Source: Octopus sinensis
Taxonomy: Eukaryota
NCBI RefSeq assembly: GCF_006345805.1
Contig: NC_042999.1
Location: forward strand, 92,070,001-92,134,000
Direction of reading: 5' to 3'
Length of the DNA stretch: 64,000 nucleotides
Positions 37,976 through 52,057 of the stretch are shown here, one piece after another. A program made the position numbers and the translations under genes. Positions within the stretch are counted from its first letter, which is position 1; the number at the start of each line of letters is the position of its first letter. Below the pieces are notes generated by a model, which saw nothing but the letters and a program-made list of their open reading frames with translations, was not told the origin of the DNA and made no database searches.

Positions 37976-38743
37976 TTCTCTCTCCCTTTCAGTTTGGACA
38001 GACGTACTCCTAATTATCATAGCTAGGTTTTATCATATTTCACGCCTGCTTAAACCACTTGTCTACACTTTTCTTATGAATAGGTTGGTATATTGTGCAA
38101 TGGGTATATCATCCTGTTTCGACATCTACGAGAATGTATCCTGTCTTTGCAAGAACTATGCGATCAATAATTTCTTCTGGTAATATTTTTAAGTGAGGTT
38201 GTTTAATTACTTTTGTAATGTTTTGTAGTTAGGTATTGTTTCTTTCCAAAAAAGTCGGAACAACATCTTGTTTTTAATCTACAGCATTTCAGCCTTTGCT
38301 CCTTTCTCACTGATGTACATCTCTGTCAATTATACGTTTTTTTTTTTCTTTTATATTATTTTGGGGTTCCAATTTCACTTTTCTCTTTTGTATATTTTAA
38401 CTGAAACTGTGGTTTATGATTAAGATGGCAAGCGTTTTTGTCCCTATTATCCTAGCAGCAACAAAACCTTCAACAGCAACACTGACGAAAGCAACGTTAC
38501 CATTACAAAGGCAAAGAATTCATCATTGGCCCTAGTCAATAAACGTACCGTTCAATCGAGAACGATGGTCAGTGAAAATGTCCAAGTGTTGTGATATCAA
38601 ATCTGAGGAGCTATTACATCTCTACTTGAGAGGATGAACACTACCCCTACTCAAACGGTCTGCGATCGATATAATCGAATTCCTCTTCACATAAAATGTC
38701 AGACCTTGTACCTATAGTAGGAAGAATTACTTATTTAATAAAA
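35999..38743. repeat. ~1.33-kb tandem duplication (35999-37327, 37328-38659) plus a third copy of the ~85-bp junction
   Basis: Units nearly identical outside the SINE tail (by eye, one substitution and a few homopolymer/microsatellite indels); duplicated ORFs at 36488 and 37817. Confidence 0.97.
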
Positions 38744-38796
38744 AAGATAATTGTGGAATCAGACAGAAAGTTTCTGTCTCACGTTTCATCACAAAT

Positions 38797-39025
38797 TCAT
38801 AAATTCCCGCAAGAGGTGTAGTTTGTAATCACATAGGTAACAAAGGGAGATAGGACAGAAGAGTTGGAGTCATATGTAACAGTGGTCAAGAACCCCGGAA
38901 CATTGGTTACAACCAGTGTTTCTTCTTTGTAATTTGTCAAGATCTCACTCTTTTCATGGAATACCAGGTGCCTAGTGTCAGAATCGGCAATGCCTCCACA
39001 GCTGACTGGGATCAGACCAGAATTC
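38797..39025 (-). other. Exon-like segment (terminal exon, or 76-nt internal exon 39025-38950)
   Basis: Strong acceptor TTTTTTCTCTTCTCTTCTATTTTCAG; only phase 0 is open (NSGLIPVSCGG...TNYTSCGNL*); internal AGA|GTGAGA donor. Confidence 0.35.
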
Positions 39026-39544
39026 TGAAAATAGAAGAGAAGAGAAAAAATATGACCTGAGTTCAATCACCAGCAGAACCGAAGGAGTACATCACAAATG
39101 TTCAAGGTTTTTTTTTATTACAATTGCTCTCAGAAGTGTGAGCAGATGCTGCCAGATGTTGAGCGTGGGAAACTTGAATTCTTCATTTGCTGTAAATTGA
39201 CCACATTAGAATTTTTGTACATCATGTAGAGCGCTAAGAGGGGAGAGGTACCGTTTGTCAGGTGGTCCATTTGCCATCAGCACTCGTTGCGTTGAGGACT
39301 GGGCATACCGTGGTTGAGGATGCGCAGGTATACACTGAGGCTGCGATATCTCCAGTGATACCTTAACGGTGGGCAAATGTGGTCGCCGTTTGTTGAACGC
39401 GCTTTTCTGCGCTTTTCGGCAGCTTGCTTTTCCGCAGCTACAGTTCTAGATCAGGCGTAGACCGAGGCAGAGGGCTTGGCACCTAAAGTGTCTCCAAGCT
39501 CTCACAGCCCTCGGCCAGTCATGCAATGCGGCTGGTAGAAGTTC

Positions 39545-40428
39545 CACTTTGAAGTTCTATACGGGATTAGTGGAAGGCAAGAGCGACGACGCACTCGGAG
39601 AGGTCTTGGGCGTCGAGAGGGATCAACTAGCTGGTCTCTTCCCGAGGAATTTAGGACCGGGAACTATGGATAACTTCAGAAATCCCTGGCCTGGCAGTGT
39701 TATCGGGGTCGCTGCCGGCTTGAGCTCTTCGGGCATGGGTGTGCAGTCAGTCGGGCTTGACCGAGATGCACGCGGAAAGATAAAACCGTTCTGCATGCTC
39801 TCGTACAGTGTCCGCGCATTGCTGACTTGTGGATCTTTATCGAACAGTTATTGTCACGTGTAGGACGGATCCGGTTATCTTCAGAATCCATTGTGAAGAT
39901 CGCCCCACCACTTTAATTTGGACGGGAAGGGAGGGCAAGTTTTCTCTGTCTGGTGGTTATGGCAAAAGAAGATGTGTGGTGAACGCGATTGAAAGGGTTG
40001 AAGACGAGTACCTTCCTCTTTGACCAAGGCCTCAATGGCGTTTTCAGGTTCTACCTGAAAAGGAAAATGAGGCTGGAGAGGGTAGCACTGTCACCCAGTA
40101 ACTTCGTTGAAAGGTGGGTAAATGTGGCAAGAATAGCCTGCGTAAATGAGCCTACTTTAAGTCTGCGCTCGTAGGCCGGATGTAAGGGAGAAGGGAGAGT
40201 GCCTTTCTGAGGAGCCGATGGTGTTAAAGGGCCCAAAGTGCGTGAGGTCTTTTTGGTCACCTTACGGTGGAACTCTCCCGCCCCCCTCTATTGGGGAAGC
40301 ATATTGCTGATTTAAAATCTTTGCTAATATTTCTGTTTGTTTGCTGTTTACACGTTTAACTTCACTGTCCTTCGTCTGTGTAACGCACTCTAAGTTTTGT
40401 ATTCGACCCTGGTGGCCAATAAAGAAAG
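39545..40428 (+). mobile_element. L1/Tx1-clade LINE 3' fragment
   Basis: KSLAWQCYRG...PRCTRKDKTVLHALVQCPRIADLW (zf-RVT-like CCHC region), MAKEDVW, YLKRKMRLER...FVERWVNVAR; AATAAA then (TTA)n. Confidence 0.8.
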
Positions 40429-40429
40429 T

Positions 40430-40997
<568 letters not shown>

Positions 40998-41577
40998 GCT
41001 TTGAAACATAAAGAAAAAAATAACCAATCGCCTAAGAAATTAGAAAAAAACCTGGAGAGAAAGAAAATTTGAATTATTCCAACAAAAAAGTGTTAAGAAT
41101 AGGTAAAAATAACAAAATATAATTATGACGAACGAACAACAGTGTGAGAGAAAACAAAAAAGCAAATAAATAACATTTACATATTACGAAGTTATGCGGA
41201 AATTCTACAAAAGTTTCTTAATAAGAAAAGTATCTCAAAGAAAGAAAAATAAGCAAAAACATGAAATGCAAAACACAATTCCTAGTTTTTATATTTAATT
41301 TTTTAAAATTACATTTATATAGACAGAAAAAAAAAACACGTCTACTTCATTAAAAGAAAATACCTGAAACTGGAAGTGTGATTTTTTTAGTTATAAATAG
41401 TAAATGAATCACGTTATTGTTCAATATTTCTGGGAGACATGATTTAAAATGTAACAGATGTCTTTGTATAGACATTGATTAATTTATCAGAAATTACAGT
41501 AAGAATATCTTGTTATATGTAGGTTTGTCAACAGGTGGGGTAAATGTAGACTGCCAAACTTAAAATCGTATACTTAC

Positions 41578-41765
41578 CAACAACGAAGACTCTGTAAGAG
41601 AGCTTCTACGCAGTTGTTGTCGTGCAGAAAAAGTAGACAGATCTTAATCAAATTGCACTCAACAGTCTTTAATAAGGAAAGCAAATACTGGATAATGTAA
41701 AAGCAGAAATAATGGTGGTCACGGTTGGAATACATTTGATCATAGGTCTGGTGGATGAAGATAAC
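41578..41765 (-). other. Exon-like segment (188 nt)
   Basis: TTTTTCTCCAG acceptor, TTG|GTAAGT donor, phase-0 frame open throughout; product not recognised. Confidence 0.35.
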
Positions 41766-43299
41766 CTGGAGAAAAATTACCTCACCGACGACATCTACTA
41801 ATTTCTTTTCTCCATATTCTGACTTGAGATCCAACCGAAGAAGCTAATTTCATATCATCGGAGTCGACAATATTTCTCTCCCAGCAACCTTCGATTTGTA
41901 CTTAATCAAACTAAATCAGTGCTTTATAATTTCGTAAAATACTTTGGCAAGAACAAAGTACAGACAGTATTTGACAGGCTAAGAACTAAAATCAATGAAA
42001 CTTATTCTTGTTCATTACTGTACATATGATAAATTACATCTACCCCAATTTATAACAGTATCCAGGCAAGAAGTTGTTGCTTGGGTACTGTAATAACGGT
42101 CGTAAGAGTGATTTAGAAATATAACTTCTATTTCGATCTTTCGATGTAACCATTAGGAAATGACTGAAAGGCTTTGTTATATATAGCCTAGTTAGCGCGA
42201 GCGACTTTGTCATTCATCCTTTCGGAGTCAACAAAATAAATAAGTACCAGTTGAGCACTGGTGTTGATGTAATCAAAATTTCAGACCTTGTGCTTATAGT
42301 AGAAAGGAATATTATAAAAGACTATTCACTATGCAATAGCCTCCAATGCTCGTTTATGTAGCACAGTAGAACTTCATGAAGAATGTTATAATGCGGATTA
42401 TAGTTTTTGCGTTTCTAAAGATCAGTAAACAAAGCATCATACTTCTATTCAATTTTGAAATTGTAAATTCAATTAATTAGAATAAGCCTTATTATTGTAA
42501 GAGTAATATTTATTTTACTTTTACTTTATTTTCTTTTTTTAGGTATTGATGTTAAACAGGGCGGCAGATGAAGTCTACGACCCACGTAATAATAGCCAGA
42601 GCAAGTACCACAAGACTACTATTAATTGTTTCAATTTATTGCCTGTGAAAAAACTAAAAATAAAATTAGCCTCGGCGGGCACTTAACATAAGATGCAAAC
42701 CATCGGAACAAATATCATCAGTCTTTCTATCCAACGCTCTCTAACAATTCTTCAATTTAATAAGAATGTTAAATGTCAATTAAAGGAAGTATTCGCTTCA
42801 TAAATTGCTTCTCCTTGAATTAGATGTCAATTTTTAGTTTTTATATTTGTCAATTTTATGGTATTTTAAATATTTTAATGAAGTGATATTTTTAATGACT
42901 AATGTTTAAAGCAAATATTTTCCTTCGGAATATGTAGCAAAAAAGGTAGAGTTGATGCCGGTTCTGAACAGGTAGATAAACGATAGCTTTCATTCATACA
43001 GCTATAGATGACTTGCTTCATTGAGAGATATAGTTCATATGAATTCATTTATTTCTTACTAGTTTGGTCGTTGGGACCCAGGCTACACGCAAACGTACAT
43101 AGAGTACCTAGTATGTATTATCTTCCCTTCTCAACTGGAATGGTCCCTATTACCACAAAACATATTTTTTTCCGTAAGTAGAGATAATTTTAAAAATTTT
43201 GTTTTGTAGGTATTTAATATAAGCTTCTTTGAGTTATTTCTCTCTTTGTTCATTTATGCTTCATACGTACACACATACATACATACATACATACATACA

Positions 43300-43480
<181 letters not shown>

Positions 43481-43848
43481 GAGAGAGAGAGAACGAACGA
43501 GACTACGTGTTGAATAGATTCGAGTTAATCCGAATAAAAACTATCCAAATAGACCAGTTAAACTGTGCCAGTATGATGAAACTTCAACAAATAATGGAAA
43601 GACTATGATAAGATATGATGAATACATATCTGTACTCAAACAAAAGCGGTTTTAACAGAACCTCCTAAAATTTGCAAATATTTTCACTCACACGTGGATA
43701 TACATTTTTTTTACATATTTGTCTGTCGATAGAAAAAAAAAGTAGTCAATAATCTGACTCAAATTTCGACTCCTTTCAGAATCATTCAACGGGACCATGT
43801 ACACTACTTTCTGATCACGCATATATGTAGATAATAACTTGATAATCC

Positions 43849-44068
43849 CTCGACGGTGTGCTGAAGTTCCTGGCTTTGGGTAAAAGAAAATACAGGAGAA
43901 TTAGTTAATCATAATTTTATTCAACATATTCCTCTCTCAGATTCACACACTTATTGCAGCGATCCTTCAGTTTTTCTAAGCCCTGTAAAAGAACTCGGAA
44001 GTTTGGGCCTCCAATCAGGCCTCTCTCGCGACACCCTCAAGGCCAGAAACTTTTTAGCACCCCTCGTA
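43849..44068. mobile_element. Mariner-derived MITE
   Basis: Imperfect TIRs CGACGGTGTGCTGAAGTTCCTGGC and GGCCAGAAACTTTTTAGCACCCCTCGTA; the right end finishes in TA. Confidence 0.75.
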
Positions 44069-44389
44069 TGTTAGTATAACTTTTACTACTTACGCCTGTG
44101 GCTAGTTTGATAAAATATTAATTTCTGCATTGTATAGTTGAGATATACGATAGATGCATATCTCTTCAAAATAACTCTTGTGAAAAACAACATATAGGAG
44201 TTATTTTTTCGTTTTGTTTTTTTATAGACTATGCATTTTGATATTGGAAAAGATGTCGTCAAAGCTAAATTTGGAAATGTTAGTTACACATGGTTTTCTC
44301 TTGCGTTATCAGAACGAAGTGTTAATGGTCAGTGAGTATGATTCAAAATGCAACCGAGACACGAGTTTGAATCCTTCACTCTTTTTATT

Positions 44390-44580
44390 TTTCAAATTTT
44401 ACTTGCTTCAGTCATTAGACTGCGATCACGCTGGGACACTGCCTTGAAGAATTTTATTCGAATGAATAGACCCCCAGTGCTTACTTTTTAAAAGCCTGAT
44501 AATATTCGATAGTCTCTTTCGCCGAACCACTAATTTACGGGAACGTAAACACACCAACACCGCTTGTCAAGTGCTGTGTG
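44390..44580 (-). mobile_element. SINE 3' half with CR1-type tail
   Basis: Tail GGCAGTGTCCCAGCGTGATCGCAGTCTAATGACTGAAGCAAG and the middle module. Confidence 0.8.
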
Positions 44581-45543
44581 TGGAGGTTTAATCCCAAAGA
44601 GAAACACACGCGCGCACACATATATAGTTATGAGGTGCCGGCTGAGTTGCACTGAAATTGAATGAGAGGGGTAAGGTAGAAGTTAAGTGAAAGAATCTAA
44701 AGTGGGAAATTTCCTAACAGCAGGCGGAGCTTAGTGAAAGATCAAAATATATATGGACGCTGCATACATACATGCACACACACACGCACACACACATATG
44801 CACACGCACACACACACACACAAACCAATATACATACACATATGTAACTTTTAAAACGCTGAGTGAGGAAAAGAAAGGAACTTTGATGTGAGGATTACGT
44901 AGCTTTATGTGGAGAGAGGGTTGGATAAGTTGACAATGGCGGTGCCCCAGCATGGCCACAGCTCAAGAGCTGAAACTGGAAAACATAAAACAGAAAACAG
45001 TTATTCCGATGCAGCGTTTCAGCAGTCCATCCCAAAAAAACTCCTCCCACCCACCCACACATACATACATACATACACATACACATACACAGACACACAC
45101 ATACTTACACACAGTCACATATTTGTCTAATATATAGTGAGAGTGAACGCGCGCGAGCGTGTGTGTGTGTGTATGTGTGTGTGTGTGTGTGTGTCTGTCT
45201 GTGTTGCATCTTATAACTGTATATCTACTCTCGGGTCTTTTCTGTTGCAGTCCTCTGATTTTGAAATTTTACAATTACGTGAAAAGTTTCAAATTTTGTA
45301 TACAGATATAATTTTTCACACTGAATCCAAATTTGTTATTTATTTGCTCCAGAAAAATTATAGAAAAATAATGTTACAGAGGTTAAAGTATGATGTATGA
45401 GTGACAAACCGGAAGTACTCAGTGGTTCAAAAACTAACTATAGATGTCTCTCTATATAAAACTAAACTAACTATAGATATCTCTATTTATATCTCAAAAT
45501 GAGACAACAAAGTCCCTAATCTGAAATGCTCATTTTTTCCTTT

Positions 45544-45590
<47 letters not shown>

Positions 45591-47114
45591 GTTTCTATTT
45601 CTTCTTTCTTACTTTTCGATTTCTTCATTCTTACTTTTCATTCTTTCTCTTTACGACCTGCTACATTTTATGGGATTTTAAACCGAACTAATTCTACCCT
45701 GAAGAATATATGAAATTACTGTTTTCGTTTTAATGTTTTAACTGGAATCTCTTGCTAGTATGTAATGACATATAATTATTGTGGTACGGCATAGTAACAT
45801 GTGTTTTTTCATGAAATCTCTGACTTAATTCTTTTAAAGTTTTGTCTACAAATAAACACTCCTTTGTTCATTTTAAGTTTATGATTGCGAACATGAAAAG
45901 ATTCTTAATATTTTGCACCAGCTTGCTCATATCACAAACGGCTGGTGAGATTAAAACCGTTTTGCTAAACGCCGTTGACATCTTGGTTCAAGTAAATGTA
46001 TAAATCAGCAAACTTGTAAGAATAGAATTAAACCGTCATCGGCCTTAGATTGTTTTTCAAACTTTCAGTAACATGAAATGATTGAGTTCTATACTTGTAT
46101 GAGTGTGGCATGTGTGTATACATGTGTGTGAGAATATATTTGTGTGTGTATGTATGTATGTATTTATGTATGTATGTATCTATGTATGTATGTATATGCA
46201 TGTATGTATATTTCTCATCTATTTTTAATCATTTAAATTCTTCCTCTGAAGAAGGAGCTGGTTTCTAACAAAGATACAAAGCTCCATCTCTGGAATGTAG
46301 ATAACGAAAAAAATGTCACCTTATAAAGCTGAGAAAATTATTGCATAGTTTTACTGTTCCACTTGCTGATTGAATTTCTAATGTACGAATTTATGTATGC
46401 ATGTTTATATATATAATATACAGAATATATGTCAAATATGCATTGTATTTATAATATATAATTATATAAACATGTATATTACATGCACGTAAACACGTGC
46501 GACCACAAAGCCATACATTACACGCGCGCGCGCGGTTTTATCTTGTTTTTTTTTTTAAATTACACATACAAAACCATCACTTCGTCATTGCCGATTCACG
46601 TTTATAATAATTTTGTTTTTTATTTCATTTGTCTTGTTCGATAGTGATGAAGAAAACGATAAAACTTAAATGAGGATTATTATTATCATTATTATTATTT
46701 TATATTTTGTGAATGATTTTTGAGATTGAATAATAGATTATGAAATGTCAAGATTGTCAACTCCGGAAGAAAAAAAAATAATGCATTAAAATAATACCAG
46801 AATGGGGTTAAGCAGAAACTGGGAAACAGCTTAATATAAACGAAGTAAATATTAAAAGAACTGAAAGAACCCAAGAAAACGTTGAAGCTAATATGAGCAG
46901 TGGATCTTTAAAAAACAATTGATACTACACATAATACATAAGTAGTAAAATTGTTTAAACAATGTACAATGGATAGAGCATAAAACCGAATACTATAACA
47001 TTACCGTGTGTGTGTGTGTGTTTATTGAATGTGAAACTAAGTATAGATAATATAAATGTAATACACATTATGAGACACTTATGTAATGTATAGTGTGTTT
47101 GCGTGTTACGTTAG

Positions 47115-47216
47115 ATTTCTCCAATTCCGTTGCTCACCATCTAATAATTCCAAGCCCAGATCGCCCCCGAGGCTTCTGAATGGATTTGGAAACAAGGTAA
47201 GTTAATAGAAGCTTGT
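47115..47216. other. Exon-like island with canonical splice signals on both strands (+ 47115-47196; - 47216-47138)
   Basis: Plus: TTAG acceptor, AAG|GTAAGT donor, frame FLQFRCSPSNNSKPRSPPRLLNGFGNK. Minus: TTTTTCAG acceptor, ATG|GTGAGC donor, frame KLLLTYLVSKSIQKPRGRSGLGIIR. Confidence 0.4.
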
Positions 47217-47569
47217 CTGAAAAACTGAACATGCAATTTAAAGGTCGATTTTGTCTCAACTGTATCATGCTGATTCTATTTCTAATTAGAGTGCATGTGT
47301 TTGAGCAATATTCAACCACTTTGCATGCTAAAGCGAGGCAAAGGCATTTTCTCAATAATATAACACACTGAATAAGTTGTTTACGAGTACGAAGGTGCCA
47401 CTAGAATATTCGAACTGGTAATAACATCGCATTTAAACACATCACTGCTTAGCTCTCCCACCCCGCTAAATCAAGCGTAGCTCATCCCCTCGTTCGATAT
47501 ACTATGGGAGTCTCTATTGTATACATATGTATGTGTGTACCTCTGTCCCTCTCTTTATAGGTACGTATG

Positions 47570-48345
47570 TATGTATATTTAGCTATGGATGTACACACAC
47601 ACATTTTTCAAAGCAAGGACCCCATTAGGCATATGTCGATTGTTCTCTTGAGGAATTTCTTGCCAAGTTCATGCAATAATCTCAAAAGATCTGGCTTTGA
47701 GGATGCTTTCTTGTTCTTTTTGCGAAGTGTCCTGTCCATTATGCCCTAGGTGTTCAATAGGGTTCATATGTGCTGACTAGCTTGGCCATGGAAGCTTTTT
47801 AACGCATTCTTTTCCAACCAATATTGGGTCTTTTTACGCGTGACAAGGAACCCTATCTTCCATAAACAATAGTCTTCTTCTCATCACTGGAGAAGATTGG
47901 AAGTAGTTCTTTCTGCAATATGGACACATTTATCTGAGTTTATGTTTCACTCACACTCCACCAGCTGTTATCGACCATTGCTCCAAATTGCTCTCCAGAC
48001 GATCACAGAATAGTTGCCGTGGTTCATTGTTGGTTGCAATCTTGATCACAGTCTCCAGGCCCACACTCGACCACTGTCAGAAAATACAGAAAATCTTAAC
48101 TCATTAGAGAATGTGACAGTGTCCCAAAATACTAGTGGCCTCTTCACTATCTCACTGGCCCCATTTTTTTCTCGGCTTAGTATCAACTGGTCGAAGAAGT
48201 GGCTTCCTCCTTGCTCTTCTTCCTTAGTAACCAAATTTGTGGAGATACCCTACAGTTGTTCTGGGACTGACATGAACTTGTCATCAAAAGACCATACAAT
48301 AAGGATTATCGTCCACGTTTTTCTTATGCGTTTACTAAGGTTAGC
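47570..48345 (-). mobile_element. Tc1-like transposase remnant
   Basis: GYLHKFGY*GRRARRKPLLRP, FWDTVTFSNELRF, LQPTMNHG..VIVWRAIWSNG, LPWPS*SAHMNPIEHL, TWQEIPQ..MPN. Confidence 0.9.
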
Positions 48346-48439
48346 TCTCTGAAAATATATGCCAGGTATCGATCTTCTGGCCACCGCTTTGATATGCACC
48401 GATTTACTGCCAATTCAAAAGTTTTCCAACCTCTTATTT

Positions 48440-49430
48440 GTGACCCCATTTATGGATATGACTGTGACTTAGTCATTCATACAGTGGATTACATACAAAC
48501 ACTTATGAATCGTATATATGTATTTTGCAAGTCATTTGGACTCAGTATTAGCCTGGTCAAGGCTGTTGTAATGTTCCAGCCTCACCGGGAAATTCATATG
48601 TGGAACCAGCTATCTTGGTTGAAGGAACAATACTGAAAGTGGTAGACAAGTTTTTCTACCTGGGCAGCACACTCAGCCGTTCTTGCTCCTTGGATAATAA
48701 AATATCTTTCAGGCTGCAGAGAGCAACTGATTGTTTCCGGTCTCCCCAGTCTCGTGTCTGATCCCAGCATGGTATTACAAAGCAAACAAATATCGCTGTG
48801 CACCATGCATGTGTACTGACATCGCTCCTTTACTAATGTGAGACATGCACCCTTTACCAACGTCATGTAAAGTTCCTTGAATGCTTTCATCAGAGACGTC
48901 TGAAACACATTCTGAATATTGGCTGGACCTTGAAAACTACAGACACACAGATCCTGAGGAAAGCTGATATCTTGAGTATTGAGGCAATGGTGCTCAGGCA
49001 CCGGTAACGTTGGACGGGACACCTTATTAGAATGAAGAATAGCAGGATCCATAAATAGATGCTATATGGGGAACGTCTTAGTGGAAAGAGACCCCGGCAC
49101 AAACCAAAGCTGCGATTTAAGGAGTGCGTCAAGTCCTCCTTAAGGGCCTGTGATATGCACGAGATCGACTAAGAGGGGAATGCCTGTCATCGTCACAGAT
49201 GTAGGAAGCACTTTAAGGGAGGGGGTCGACACATTTGGAAGACCATATATTCCGCATGAAGAATTTAAGCATGCTAATCGAAAGCGCACTGCTGGTGTAA
49301 TGAATGGGCTAAAGCTTGGTTTGCAATGTTTTCAGTCGTGTACGCTTGTGAGAGCAGGGCTCATAGCCACCAATGGAGTCGCAAATGCAACATATAAGTT
49401 AGTCCTAGAGTGCACAATGTTCCTAAAGGT
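48440..49430 (+). mobile_element. RTE LINE 3' half (RT C-terminus and Zn finger), degenerate
   Basis: DCDLVIHT..QTLMNR...FGLSISL.K.VVMFQP, VVDKFFYLGSTLS, RWTGHLIRM, YGERLSGKRPRHKPKLRFKECVK. Confidence 0.92.
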
Positions 49431-49512
49431 CTACAATGGTCTTCTTCTGTCAGAAGTGGACGGCCATCATGTGTGTGCGTATGTGTGTATGTATGTGTGT
49501 GTGTGTGTATGT

Positions 49513-49513
49513 G

Positions 49514-49581
<68 letters not shown>

Positions 49582-49600
49582 AGCGTGCGTGCGTGCGTGT
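49513..49600. repeat. (GCGT)n alternating purine-pyrimidine microsatellite
   Basis: Directly visible. Confidence 0.97.
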
Positions 49601-50029
49601 GTGTGTTATGAAGATTATCACCTCCGATCGAATTCTGGGTTTATGGATACCGATATTTCGCCATGTGGCTTACCAACACCACGTACCTGAATCGAACCGG
49701 AGACGAATCAAATCGCCAGTCTATGACTATATATGATCGTTGGCAAGTTGTCTCGCCCGTCTATGACTTAAAACCCATCGTTATGAGGGAGTCGTCTACC
49801 ACAGCAAACAGGCAAACAAACAAAATTCATACATTTAGTATGTGCAGTCGGTAATGTTTACAACATAAGCGCTACTTTTAATTCGTTATTGAATCTATAA
49901 GTATTTTTACATATGTAGATCAGTTTATGAAGGACGAATGGGTGAAGTGTGCTCAACACGTTTTAGAAGATATGCATTTTTCTTTATTGATACAAAAACT
50001 CGAGTCGCGAGAAAAAATATATAAATTCT

Positions 50030-50410
50030 TTTATTCTTTAACTTGTTTCGGTCATTTGACAGTGGCCATTCTGAAGCACCGCCTTAAAGGGTTTTAGTCG
50101 AAGAAATTGACCTCGGGAATTATTCTTTTTAAGCCTACTATTTATTCTATCGGTCATTTTTGCCGAACCGCCAGGTTAGGGGTACGTAAACACACCAACA
50201 CCGGTTGTCAAGCGGTGAGTGGGGGTCAAACACAGACACAAAGACACACACACACACACACGACGGGTTCTTTTCAGTTTCCGTACACCAATCCACTCGC
50301 AAGGCCTTGGTCAGCCCGAGGCTATTGTAGAAGACACAGTACCACACAGTAGGACTGAACCCGGGACCTTGTGGTTGGGAAGCAAGTTTCTTGCCACACA
50401 GCCACGCTTG
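50030..50410 (-). mobile_element. Composite tRNA/CORE-like SINE with CR1-type tail
   Basis: Same architecture as 15041-15445; tail GGCGGTGCTTCAGAATGGCCACTGTCAAATGACCGAAACAAG. Confidence 0.9.
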
Positions 50411-51062
50411 GGCCTATTAAATATGCGCGTGCGAGTGTGCGTGCGCATGTGTATGTATGTGTCTGTATACACAAACACATACACACACATACATTCCTTT
50501 ATAAACACATACACTGTCACACACAAAAAAAAAGTTACAAAGGATGCTCTGAATGACTGTGATGACAGAGAAAGTTACATCGATTCAAAGAGAAATAAAA
50601 CCCAAGACAATACAGTATATCATTGCAGTACTGAAATTCTATATTGTTCAAGTGCTCTTTATGCGTATTTGCTATAGCCATGCATCTGCGTTCTTCTAAG
50701 TACAGTCTAAATACACCCAATATATGAACAGATATTAATGATTTGATGTGATTGTGTTAATATACGGTGATGAATGGCAAGTGATGCGAATTTAATGATG
50801 GAAAAGTGTAAAAGGAAAGAACGTATAAATGAATGCCATATTTGTGTGTTTTGTGTAGACAAGTAATTATGTCTCTATGTGTGTGTGTATATGTATGTTT
50901 GCGTATGCGTTTGTGTATACATTTATATGAGTGTGCGTGTATGCATATTCATGTTAGTATATGTGTGTATATCTATGTGTGTGTGTGTGTGTGTTTGTGA
51001 ATATATTACGTGTATGTACTTGGTTAATAATCATATATAAGTGTGTGTATATATATATATAG

Positions 51063-51094
<32 letters not shown>

Positions 51095-51344
51095 GTGTAT
51101 GTATGTATGTATGTATGTATTATGTGTATGTATGTATATGGATGGATGGCTATGTGCATATGTGTGTATGTATACACACACACACACACACACATACACA
51201 CACTCACTCACACGCATATGTACCACACGAACTGAACGAGCATCAAAGGACAAATAACACATCATCTTGAAACTTGCTGTTCTTTGCTGTCAAGGCATAC
51301 AAGCGAACCATTTCTATATCGTATTGTTGCTTGCAATGAAAATG

Positions 51345-51965
51345 GATTCTTGTCAACAATAGCTAGAGTTCTGCAATGGTGTTTGGATGGAGACGAAGTA
51401 CCAAACCATAATCGAACAACGAATATTCACCAAAAATAGTTAATGTTGTCGGATTGGTGGTCCAGCGCTGTTGTCATCCAGTACAACTTCATGACATATG
51501 GTAAGTCAATTACAGCGGATGTATGCATCAACCAATTGGATGAAATGATGAGTGAACTTTCAATTAAACAACAGATATTGGTCAATAAAGACAGGCTGGT
51601 TCTCTTGCAAGACAACGCTGGAACACATGCTTCACAAAGAACGCTACTAAAGTTACAGGAACTGAACTTGGGAGGAGACTGTCATCCACTGTATTCACCA
51701 GACCTCGCACTAGCTGACTGTCACGTTTTCCAGGTATTAGACAATTTTTTTGCAAGAAAAAATCTGAAGATGCAAAAACAGCCTTTCGTGATTTCCTCAC
51801 CTCTTGTTCTACAGAATTATTCGCCGCCAGCATAAACTACCTATAAAATGGCAAAATTGTGTTCATAAATTAGGTGCATACTTTGATTAACTGCATTGCT
51901 TTTTGTTGAGATAAACTAAAATAGACTTTAAGTTTAAAATCGGACATTTTATTCTCGATGACCTT
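51345..51965 (+). mobile_element. Mariner (DD34D-type) transposase C-terminal remnant with probable right end
   Basis: MLSDWW...SITADVCINQLD...LLQDNAGTHA...HPLYSPDLALADCHVFQVLDNF, matching WW / HDNARPH / YSPDLAPSDYHLF motifs. Confidence 0.92.
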
Positions 51966-51995
51966 ATGCATATATATATGTATGTACGTATGTAA

Positions 51996-52057
<62 letters not shown>

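Noticed and set aside
42543-42690. Exon after a strong acceptor (VLMLNRAADEVYDPR...)
   Set aside because: No good donor, and the downstream part looks like a decayed SINE.
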